Assembly: GCF_006345805.1 (NCBI RefSeq)
Contig: NC_043016.1
Span: 15,562,001-15,626,000 of the forward strand
Direction of reading: 5' to 3'
DNA from: Octopus sinensis
Taxonomy: Eukaryota
Length of the DNA: 64,000 nucleotides
This document shows positions 53,040 through 64,000 of the stretch, one piece after another (within the stretch, counting starts at the first letter, position 1; the number at the start of each line of letters is the position of its first letter). Made by a program: the position numbers and the translations under genes. The notes under the pieces were generated by a model. It had not been told where the DNA came from. It was given only the letters and a program-made list of their open reading frames with translations, and ran no database searches.

Positions 53040-54429
53040 TCCAAACACAGCTGCTGGCCCTGATGGAGTTCCAGTGGTACTTCTCAAATCATGCAAGCGA
53101 TCCCTTGCAAAACCACTGCAGCTTCTTTTTCAGATTTCCTTGGAAGTGGTAAACTCCCAGACAAACTGAAGGAAGAGATAATAATCCCTATCCTTAAGGG
53201 AGGAAGCAGGGCAGATGCTAAAAATTATAGGCCTGTCACTCTGACTTCACACAACAGCAAAGTCATGGAACGAATAGTCCGCGAGAAAATAATCGCGTTC
53301 CTTGAAGAAAATAACTTGCCGGCTGTCACCCAGCATGGAATTCGGCCGGGTAGAAGCTGTCTAACAGGCTCCTGCAACACTACAACTGGGTGTTAAAACA
53401 GTCGCTGAATGACTCAAATGTGGATGTGATGTATCTCAACTTTGCAAAAGCCTTTGATAAAGTCGATCGTGGTATGATATGTCAGAAACTGCGTGATCGC
53501 GGCATAGGCGGAAAACTTGGAGAGTGGCTGCACAACTTTCTAAAAGATAGACATCAAGCAGTAATGGCCAATGGAGCCACCTCCAAGGAAACACAAATAG
53601 CAAGTGGAGTTCCACAGGGTACTGTCTTAGGGCCACTGTTATTCATAGTGGCCCTCTCAGACGCCCTCAGCTGCTCAGATAGCCACCCTTACTAGCTATG
53701 CAGATGATACAAAAGTCTCTCAGACAATACAAAATCCTGGAAATATTGCACATCTGCAACGGGAGTTGGATGCAATATACAGGTGGGTTGCGGACAACTT
53801 CATGCAGTTTAATGCAGGAAAATTCCAGGCCCTACGGTGCCAGCACCCAAAGCTAAACGACATGCAGACAAGATACACTGGCCAAGGAGGAATTGAAATC
53901 CCTGAATAAAAACCAGTGCATCACCTGGACATTGACATGAGCAATGATGCATCTTTTCAAATGGATATTACCAACTTGGTAATAAAATGCAGACGGATGG
54001 CTGGTTGGATCCTCCGAACTTTCAAAACAAGAGAAAAGGAGACATTGGTGATCCTTTGGAGGACATACATCCTCAGTCACTTGGACTACTGTTCCCAACT
54101 ATGGCCACCAGCCGTCTGGAACCCTGCATGAAGTTGTCCGCAACCCACCTGTATATTGCATCCAACTCCCGCTGCAGATGTGCAATATTTCCAGGATTTT
54201 GTATTGTCTGAGAGACTTTTGTATCATCTGCATAGCTAGTAAGGGTGGCTATCTGAGCAGCTGAGGGCGTCTGAGAGGGCCACTATGAATAGCAGTGGCC
54301 CTAAGACAGTACCCTGTGGAACCCCACTTGCTATTTGTGTTTCCTTGGAGGCGGCTCCATTGGCCATTACTGCTTGATGTCTATCTTTTAGAAAGTTGTG
54401 CAGCCACTCTCCAAGTTTTCCGCCTATGC
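53040..54429 (+). mobile_element. CR1-like LINE RT fragment followed by an inverted 306-bp copy of itself
   Basis: KNYRPVTLTSH.SKVMERIVR, FAKAFDKVD, SGVPQGTVLGPLLF, YADD. 54124-54429 is the reverse complement of 53502-53807. Confidence 0.9.
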
Positions 54430-55500
54430 GGAAACACAGATGACAGCAGCGGCATCAAATTCCCTCATTGTTCAAATGCCACATATCAGAGGAGGTTTCA
54501 AATATCGCTATATCTCTTATTATAATTATATATAAAATCCGTTCTGTTGTCTGCCTGTGTGTCATCTAGGATCTCGGGAATCCTCTATCCGATTGCGCTC
54601 AAATTTGATATGTAGATACCGACGGTATCAGGGCGTGTATAAGTCTTGAAAAAATTACAAAAATCGATTCCAGGTGATAAAGCCGTGGGAACGTGCATTT
54701 GTACGCGCAAGTACATCAGCTGTTGCGATCGATACTACGCGTACGCGAGAAAAATGCAAGTGCAGTTTGCGCAAAAAAGCCGGCTTGCTTGAAATAATGC
54801 CAAAAAAGTAAGATGCAAAAGAGATATTTTCTTCAAACTTGGCATGAAGGAAGGAAAGACTATTTGGTTTCTCAAGAAGTTTTTTTTTTTTTTTGTTTGT
54901 TGCCATAACTTCGTTTAACAAAACCAAAAATATCTTGAACATCCCGTAAAGTAATTAGTTACTTAGTTCCCTAGGTTGTTGCTTTCCATCAAAAATCGTT
55001 GTTTTCCTACATGTTTTATCGGATAAACTTATTATTGTCCCAGGTACGTTCTCATAAATTCATCATACTTTCCCATCTAGATTTACCTCCAGCTAACCCA
55101 TTTGCATGCATCGTTTTTGTCCTGCTTTTCTTCCGTCAACCTGTACATAACTGCACCTTCCATTTTTTGTTGTTTTTGTTCTGCTTAAAGGCACGTTTCT
55201 TTCCTGCCAAGCTTACTGTTTAAACCATGTTTGTGTTCTCCCAGTCAACAGCCTTATCATTACTGGTACTTTAAACTCTTCGGTTGAATAAAATCGTTTT
55301 TTCTTTGGAATAGAAAAAAAAATCTATCTTCATTTCTTCTTTTGCTGGTGTCTCAAATTTAGGTTAAATCAGTGTTTCTCAAAGGGAAGGCCTATGGGAC
55401 AGTTGGACAAGTTATTTTGAGAAAATTTGGTTTAAATGTTTGACAACTCAGCACCGCCCATTGGACGGGGGTGCGTTTTGCTCGTATGTGTGTGTGTGTG

Positions 55501-55579
<79 letters not shown>

Positions 55580-56447
55580 TGTCTGTCTGTATGTCTGTGT
55601 ATTCTCACCATCACTCGACAACCGATGTTGCTGTTTTTACGTCCCCCGTAACTTAGCCATTTGGCAAATCACGCCAATAGAATAAATACTAGGCTTACAA
55701 AGAATAAATCCTGGAGTCGATTTTTTCGACAAAAATCGGTGCTCCAGCATGGCTGCAATCACATGACCGAAACAATTAAAACAATGAAAAACTATGCCAT
55801 TTTCATCCCAAGCATCGCCGGTTATCTCTGCTAGTATTTATATATAAAATACTAGAATTAGCCGTGAATTTTTTTACGGCACGGGGCTAGCTGGTACAAA
55901 TATATAATACAAATGCAAATACAAAACCACGTTAAAAATACAAATCCAAAACTGGGAGAAAAAAAGGAAAATGAGGGACAGAGAAAAAAGGGGGAAAAGA
56001 CAACACCAAGTGCCTCAATTGGTTACACAACGGAACCCACTGAAGCAACCGTCTCAAACGGCACAGGCTGTAAGAAATACTTAAGGATTTTGTTCTGTTC
56101 GGCTACGGAATCAGTGACCCTTCCATTTACCGCAGCATCCAGGACGTGAGAGAGAATAAAGGAGTCACAGATGTGACGTCCCAGATGAGGCACCTAATTC
56201 TTACTCAAGGAGAGAGAGCAAGACCATCTGATCTCTTCCCGTCACTGAAAGTTGCTCCGCGCGTTTCCCCCATTATGGCTTATACAGCCATTTGTAACTT
56301 CATACGATGCAAGTGTTCCCTGAAGTCTTGTAATGTTTGAGCATCTAAATGCATTTGAAACTTCTATCGCAGGGCTCCAAGCAACCACAATGGTGAAACG
56401 TGTGTAGGAACTTTGAAATAACAAACATGTGCTTATCGTATGTATGT

Positions 56448-57202
56448 ATGTACGTACGTATGTAAGTACGTATGTATGTATGTATGTATGTATGTATGTA
56501 TGTATGTATGTATGTATGTATGTATGTATGTATGTATGTATGCATGCATGCATGTATGTATGTATGTATGTATGTGTGTATGTATGTATGTATGTATATA
56601 TGTATGTATGTATGCGTGTATGTATGTATGTATGTATGTATGTATGTATGTATGTTTGTGTGTATGTATGTACGTACGTACGTATGAACGTATGTATGTA
56701 TGTATGTATGTATGTATGTATGTATGTGTGTATGTATGTATGTATGTATGTACGTACGTATGTATGTAAGTATGTATGTATGTATGTATGTATATATGTA
56801 TGTATGTATGTATGTACGTACGTAAGTACGTATGTATGTATGTATGTATGTATGTATGTATGTATGTATGTATGTACGTACGTATAAACGTATGTATGTA
56901 TGTATGTAGTATGTATGTATGTACGTACGTATGAACGTATGTATGTATGTATGTATGTATGTATGAATGTATGTATGTATGTATGTACGTACGTATGAAC
57001 GTATGTATGTATGTATGTATGAATGTATGTATGTTTGTATGTACGTACGTAAGTACGTATGTATGTATGTATGTATGTATGTATGTACGTACGTATGAAC
57101 GTATGTATGTATGAATGTATGTATGTATGTATGTATGTATGTATGTATGTATGTATGTGTGTATGTATGTATGTATGTATGTATGAATGTATGGATAGAT
57201 AA

Positions 57203-57281
<79 letters not shown>

Positions 57282-57859
57282 TGCAAACATAAACATATTC
57301 ACACAACACAGCACATACACACATACAGACGCATGCGCACACACACATGCACGCGCGCACACATACACACGCACACACAAAATGAACGTGTTTGTATGTC
57401 GAAAAATAAATGCCTGTATGTATGTATGTATGTATGTATCTATGTATGTATGTATGTATGTATGTATGTATGTATGTATGTATGTATGTATGTATGTATG
57501 TATGTATGTGTATGTATGTATGTATGTATGTATATATGTATGTATTATGTATGTATGTATGTATGTATTTATGTATGTGTGTGTGTGTATGTATGTATGT
57601 ATTATATATGTATGTATGTGCGTATGTATGTATTTATGTATGTATGTATGTATGTATGTATGTATTTATGTATGTGTGTGTGTGTATGTATGTATGTATG
57701 TATTATATATGTATGTATGTGCGTATGTATGTATTTATGTATGTATGTATGTATGTATGTATGTATGTATGTATGTATGTATGTATGTATGTATGTATGT
57801 ATGTATGTATGCATGTATGTATGTAGGCATGTATGTATGTATGTATGTATGTATGTATG

Positions 57860-57890
<31 letters not shown>

Positions 57891-57920
57891 GTATGTATGT
57901 ATGTATGTATGTATGTATGT
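56448..57920. repeat. Very long (TATG)n-dominated microsatellite with (GATA)n/(GACA)n blocks
   Basis: Direct inspection. The array resumes at 58461-58800. Confidence 0.97.
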
Positions 57921-58460
57921 CAGGTCACTTTCGAGTGCTACTGGTAACATGTAACCCAGTACAACCTGTTGCATGGTCGGGTCGTCGGCGACTAAACCGG
58001 CAACCCCGCCAAGCTTGCTTGGTGAGGAGGGTATGTATTGGACACCCTGCGGGATGAAAAACAAAACCCCTCAAAGGGCGGAGGAACTCTTGAGAGTCAA
58101 CGGCCATCTAATAAATGTATCATGCGCGGGGACATAGAAATAATCGGAGTGAATACCCGATCGCGTGGTTAAACCATTGGGAGTGAAGGACTCCTAGCCT
58201 TTGTTAGGGCATCCTTCTCGGAGGAGGCAACTCAGGTAACTGGGATAACTCCGACATAAAACCTGCGGCTCAGTGGTTACCGATGATGTTGGCTTGTTCT
58301 TCTTTTCGGATTATGGCTGCTGTTGCTTAGTGAGTGGGTTTGACTCAGTGCACAGCTTTTCCTCACTTCAAAAAAAATCTTCTTTCACGGGCATTGCACA
58401 ATAGCAACATTGATTAAGCTTCGTGCAATGGCCATACTCGATAACGAGGGGGCAGCCACC
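57921..58460 (+). mobile_element. 540-bp non-coding element embedded in (TATG)n, probably derived from a non-LTR retroelement
   Basis: Sharp boundaries against tatgtatgt on both sides. GC-richer and hairpin-rich. gggcatccttctcggaggaggcaactc resembles an RTE 5' UTR motif as I recall it. Confidence 0.55.
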
Positions 58461-58879
58461 ATGTATGTATGTATGTATGTATGTATGTATGTATGTATGT
58501 ATGTATGTATGTATGTATGTGTGTATGTATGTACGGATGTATGTATTATGTAGGTATTATGTATGTATGTATGTATGTATGTATGTATGTATGTATGTAT
58601 GTATGTATGTATGTATGTAGGTATTATGTATGTATGTATGTACGTATGTATGTATGTATGTATGTGTATGTATGTGTTTGTATGTATGTATGTATGTATG
58701 TATGTATGTACGGATGTATGAATGTATGTATGTATGTGTATGTATGTGTGTATGTGTTGTGTACGTATGTATGTATGTATGTATGTGTGTATGTATGTAT
58801 TATGTACGCGCGCGCGCGTAATATAATATATTCACGCATACACGCATATAGACGCACACATACATACACATACATGTCT

Positions 58880-59400
58880 ATACACTGGATTTGCTTTGCT
58901 TCTTTTCGGTGCAACGGAGCGTTCCTCTACAATCGCGAAGGAACGCTCGTTTCTTTGGACGCTTCCTGAAGGAATCTTCATCCATTAACACACTCCACAT
59001 TTCCTAACGTCGGAATACAATTTTATGTCCATAACAACATTGTGTCACTTGAAGTGAACTTTAGTGGTAAGTAGAAAATATATCGCAAACTCTATTTTCC
59101 ATGTTATACTGGTCGCCCATCCTCTTGGTGGATGGTGTAAAGTTTGGTTTTCGTTTTACATGATTTAACGTCTAAATACATAAAGTGCAAATGTCTACTG
59201 CAGACGTTGATATTCTCAGAGTGCACCATATATCAAGCATTAGTCAGTTTAAATTTTACCTCTTCCTGATAAAACATTTTGTCTTTATTGTGCAAGTAGA
59301 AGCGCACTTTTTGACACAATCTCTTGTCAGAACCTGTAACAGGCTTGCTTCAGTTCGATATTAGCCCCTTAGGCTAGACATTTGGCTGTCACTCCATAAT
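58880..59400 (-). mobile_element. Possible degenerate Sola1-like transposase fragment
   Basis: Frame-hopping CVKKCASTC..KCF, W..L..YQR and RVCDIF motifs only. Confidence 0.3.
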
Positions 59401-59777
59401 ATATACACATGATAAAAAAAAAAAGTAACTCATCATGTACACTTCTACATGTCAACAAAAGCGGTTGCGCTCGCCAACTTCTCAAGTCACAATTGGACAA
59501 CAAGTCATTTCAGCCCCTAAACAAAATGTCTACTGCTTAGCAGACAGGCGATAAACTTGCCGTAACGAAACAATTATTTGTTCAACGGCCTCTTCCGGCT
59601 GCGTATCTGGGTGTTAATTTTTAGTTTATATTTTGTCTTTGGTTTCATTAATTTTCTGGTTTATTTGCGAAATTCTACATCGGTTGGTAGCGTTGTCAAT
59701 ATATTAAGGACACTCGCCATCAAACAGTTAGCTGGGTTGACGGTCAATCAGAGTTCTTGTTCTTTGGACAACTCATA

Positions 59778-60455
59778 CGAGGTCTGTAAATATAATAATG
59801 AGACTAGTCTCATAGCGTTCGATCTGGCAATAATGCGGGGGTTCCCTTTACGGTGTTGCCACATCAACGTCCCCTTATAACTTCAGTTGAAGCAGCAACC
59901 TCTTGGTGCTAACTGTGAATGCACGTTTGGCGAAGTGGTTTTGTTTTGTGTATCCTGAAAACGAACGAACACAGTTACGAGCAATGCTCTGCGATCAAGT
60001 TTTGTTCCAAACTCGAACATAATGTCACTGAAACTTGTGCAAAATTTCAACAGGCTTACGGGAAGACTGCTTTATAAAGAGTACAGGTCTCCAGATGGTT
60101 CAATGCCTCTTTAGCAGGCCAAGAATTCGTTGAAGAAGACCCCCTGTCCGGAAGGCCGTCAACTTCAAGAAATTAGGAAAATGTGAAACGAATCGGAGAC
60201 CTCGTGCGATCTGACCGTTGGTTAACCGTCAGATTGATTGCAGAGAAGCTGAATTGGAATCACACCACCGTTTATCAAGTTTTGACCGCTGAATTTGGAA
60301 TGAAGGAAATTTATGCGAAAATCTCACTCTTGAGCAAAAAGACAACGGGTGCTATGGTCTCGTGGAATGGATTGAAAATAACCCAAATTTTGTTGCAAAC
60401 GTCATTACCGGTGATGAATCACGGATTTTTTTTATTACGATCCAGAAACGAAACG
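59778..60455 (+). mobile_element. Mariner element 5' half (HTH and first catalytic D)
   Basis: Starts TA-cgaggtctg. IKFCSKL, QQAYG, SGRPSTS, DRWLTVRLIAE, ITGDESRIFYYDPETKR. Truncated at the long-TIR element end. Confidence 0.88.
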
Positions 60456-62100
60456 CCATTAATTGGTTGAAATTACTGAAATACGACAACTTTAACATGA
60501 AATAACTTCGTAAATAGAAACTTTTCTCAACAACGCTAAGAGTAAAAAATGTTCTATATGACACATTCTACCAGTATCCGAAGTTTCAAAGTATTTAGTT
60601 AGAGAAAATAATTAATCGAGTTGCTCATGAAAAGGAAAAGATCCCCAGTTGAGAACAGGACTTAGGCCCTCCCCTAAACCTGCTGCCCTTGGGCTTATAT
60701 TTTTGAATGTGAGAATACCTGTGTATCAAACCATTTTCACACCGGAACCAGCTTCAATCGAAAAAGGGAAATGGTTCAGCTGCTCAACTAGTTGCCTTTA
60801 TTTATTTTTTTTTTCTTGTGACTGTCAAAACAACTGGTACCAAACTCTTGTTAACACGATTTAAATTTGCGATAGGAACCAGCCTACTTCCCCAGTCATG
60901 ACTCTAGCTGTTGACCATTCTCCTTTTATTATATAAGGTGAAAGGTTTATTGTTTGATCTGGAAGTGTGTCTGTTTAGATAGGTTTTCGTGATTTCAAAA
61001 TATCCTCTTCCAATTAGCAAAGCTCTCGTACATTATATTGTGTCCTTAGAATAGTGCAGGATGGGTTGCTAGGGCCATGATATGAAAGCTACTTCGTGAC
61101 CGATTGCGAAGGTAGGGGATAATGAGAATTTGAGCTAGTAGCTGACTAATATTTTATTTATCAAGACCTTAGTGTAAAGATTACAGAAAAAAAAACCTAC
61201 ACTAAGTTTTCAATTCCTGTCTAAGAATCCAGGAAACTAACCGTTTCAGATCTATAACCAAGTTATTTTAACCATGACAATTCCTTGGATTACATTATCT
61301 AAAGTGTTCTTTCTTCTTTTAAAATGGTAGAATATACTAAGAGATTTCGTTGTATGTCGAACAACCAGTTACAGCAAGAGTGGGGAACTCGAGGTGATTT
61401 GCTAAATGCATTAAAAAAACTGTGAGGATTCATCTCTGTCAGTAACATAATGAATTTTAAATTTTACAAATATATAGGTATGCATGAGGTCACACAAAAT
61501 AACAATAATTAAAATGTTATAATACATTAATTAACCAGGTAGTTGTAATGTTTTAAACTTCGAAAGACGTGTTCAGTGGCACTATGAAGGTTGGTAACTA
61601 AATATCACTTCACTACTCCATGGATCTCCTCCCGTACCAGACAATACAAAATCTTTGCTACGTGTTTTTCTTTTTTCTTTTTCTTTTTTTTTCTTTTTTT
61701 TCTTTTTATTGATCTTACTTGTAAATCATAATTCACAACTAACAAAATTAATATTACACATTTAAACAAGGCAGTGAGCTGAAAAAATCGTTAGCTCTCC
61801 GGGCCAAATGTTTAGCAGCATTCCGTCCGTATTCATGTTCTGAGTCCAAATTCCACCGAGGTCGACTTTGCCTTTCGTGGTTGATAAAATAGAATGCTTG
61901 GGGCGATTTAATCGACTTAGCCCCTCCCGCAAAATGACTGATCTTGTGCCAAAAATTTGGAATTAATATTACACATCTAAAAAGCTGTGCTTGCATACGC
62001 CCAACTTAAATGAATTGACATAATTTCATGTGACTTAAGCAGCAGAAATCGCAATGTAGATCTGTGGAATGTACATTGCATGTCTGTTTACATGATACTC

Positions 62101-62410
62101 TGTAGTGAGTGCGGGAGATTAGAAGTAAGACGCCTACCTTCTCTTCGTTGACGCAAACCTACCGGGTGGTAACGTACCCTTCCACCTGGACCATCCCGAC
62201 ACGCTAAAAATAGCAGCAGCTATCCCTCACCTTGTCGAAGCACCAACACGTCCTGCACTCACGGCTTCTGCGATGGAAAAGGGCGCAATCGTTCCCCGCC
62301 TGTACGCGCGTCACCTGCGCGCCCTTCCTCTTCCGATCAGCTCCCAAGTTCTGGTCAGCATCCCAGCCACTGACGTCATCCCACACGCCACCCTGATCTT
62401 AAAGATCACA
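62101..62410 (-). repeat. 3' LTR of the Gypsy element (TG...CA)
   Basis: Minus strand starts tgtgatc right after the PPT and ends ctcactaca. The distal boundary is inferred. Confidence 0.7.
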
Positions 62411-64000
62411 TTCCCCCTACTCCACGTTGAAGTCCACCATCCAACTGGGCGGGTGCCTTACATATCGAGATCTCCTCAAGCTAGGCACCTCATTCTTCTC
62501 CTCTCCACAATCGTCATCCGACAAAGCAACAATCCTGTGAAGGTCCAAAACGTGACGTGGCATTCCATCCACAGAGACATTGTTTCTGGAATTGACCGCC
62601 GTCACCGTTCCTCTGCTCCATTGAAACATACAGCATGCCTTCTGTGACTTAACCCAAACTTCCTCCCCTATTTTCGCACAGGTGGGTTCCTTCTCTTCCT
62701 CGTGGCACTCCAGCGCTTTACTGGGATGCCTCCATTCATATTTAAATACTGCTCTGTGTGGCACAGATTCTTCAGCTTGTCCGGATCGGGGAGATATACT
62801 ATACCAGAAAACTGCTTCAGGCGGCAAAATGTGCCCTCTTTCCAACATGGTCTTTATTGTCCGATGGTGCCTCTCTATGATTCCTCACTGCTTGGCCTAT
62901 ATGCTGTTCTGAACAAGCGACGCACTTTCCACCGGTCGAGCATATCCCTCAATGCTTCCAAACGAAACGCTGACCCATTGTCCATTAGCAGTTCTTCCAC
63001 GGAACCCCTCTCTAAAAGTATCCCATTCAAAATCTACGCAATCTTGTCAGTAATGCCTATCCTCAACTCCCTCCAGATGGCCAGCTAGCCCGGCCTGCAG
63101 TCAACCATGGAGCGATACATTCCCTGACGGTAGTGTGTCACATCCACAGCTAGTCTCTTCCAATTGTGCTCCACCGAAAGGTTTCTTTGCTCATGCCCAC
63201 ACAGAGCAGAGTCAATGGACTGGCACCTGTCACAGCTCCCGACCACCTTCCGGATGCTTCTCCTAGTGACGCCAGTATCAATCATCTTCACAAGGTACAG
63301 GGTCCTATCCACCCCCAAGTGATGCATAGCATGTAGTCTCTTCAGTTTGGAGTCATCCAACCGACATGCCGCAGCTATCCCTTTCTTTGCCTCCTCCATC
63401 CACGCTCTTTTCATCCTGGTCAGTGCATCTGCCCTGTTTCTCTCCGAAGGCACAGAAACCACGTTCAGCTTCTGTCTGAACTTGGCAATCATCTCTCCTA
63501 GAACTCCTAGGCACCACTTCACCAATGTCTCTGCAGCACCTTTCGTCCGAACTCTCCTCGCACCGGTGATCACCAATCCTACCCAGCCAAGCACAGTGGC
63601 CAAATCCGTCCGGATTTCGATTGAGTGCAGCCCTCATTTCAGGGCCAAGTTCACCCCCTTCAGCACCGCATCTAATTCAGTGACATTGATATGGTTAAAG
63701 TCATTTGCTTTCCAAAGCCAGGCCATGCCCTCCACCTCAGCGCCTTCGATCTCCAACACAACCCCTATCGCTATACTGCCTGCATCACACCAAACGGTCC
63801 TGCATTCTGTCTTGAGCACATGCCAGTTCCCCCTGACTGGGTCTTCTGCTCTCATCCTCTCTAGGATTTCCTGCATCCTTGCCACCATCCCCTCTCCCAC
63901 CTTGTTGCCCCAGTAACTGCATGCTGTGTGCAGCCATCCATCGATCGGGTAGTGACCGATCAACTTCCCACACACAAAGAACAGCTCTTCTCCTGCTGAC
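62101..64000 (-). mobile_element. Ty3/Gypsy LTR retrotransposon: RT end, RNase H, integrase, PPT and 3' LTR (runs off the window)
   Basis: CGKLIGHYP, VWCDAGSIAIG, HINVTELDAVLKG, HAMHHLGVDRT..CDRCQ, LAVDVTHY, MDNGSAF, IERHHRTIK. PPT agggggaa (62411-62418) abuts the LTR. Confidence 0.92.

Noticed and set aside
53502-54429. A-to-I editing signature in arm mismatches (all four are A/T in the forward arm, G/C in the inverted arm)
   Set aside because: Four sites are too few to separate from ordinary transition bias.
56242-58969. Long ORFs (up to 378 aa) of YIHT/MYVC repeats
   Set aside because: They are translations of stop-free (TATG)n. The same applies at 40667-41023, 43757-44032, 51785-52387 and 55432-55685.

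Overview
Eukaryotic, AT-rich, repeat-dominated DNA. The SINE/LINE families look like those I recall from Octopus (coleoid cephalopod) assemblies; this is inference, not a database hit. The only clear host gene is the 3' half of an SLC7 LAT-type amino-acid transporter light chain on the + strand. It has five GT-AG exons (4012-4115, 8481-8577, 11722-11871, 27091-27268, 28082-28158) that splice in frame to a stop, and its TM10 segment is unusually divergent. A 5.1 kb 44-bp satellite with higher-order structure lies in one intron. The rest is decayed or nested TEs (Helitron, Penelope-like, RTE, CR1, R4/Dong-type REL, Tx1/L1, mariner, maT, hAT, Gypsy, tRNA-SINEs) and microsatellites. Most interesting: (1) an 856-bp Mutator-like element (9-bp TSD, GG-starting TIRs) carrying a telomere-like array; (2) a 540-bp element with a highly structured 5' end embedded in (TATG)n; (3) three independent fold-back inverted duplications; (4) SINE multimers joined at one fixed nucleotide. 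No CRISPR, rRNA or real tRNA genes were found. None of these is demonstrated to be a new system.
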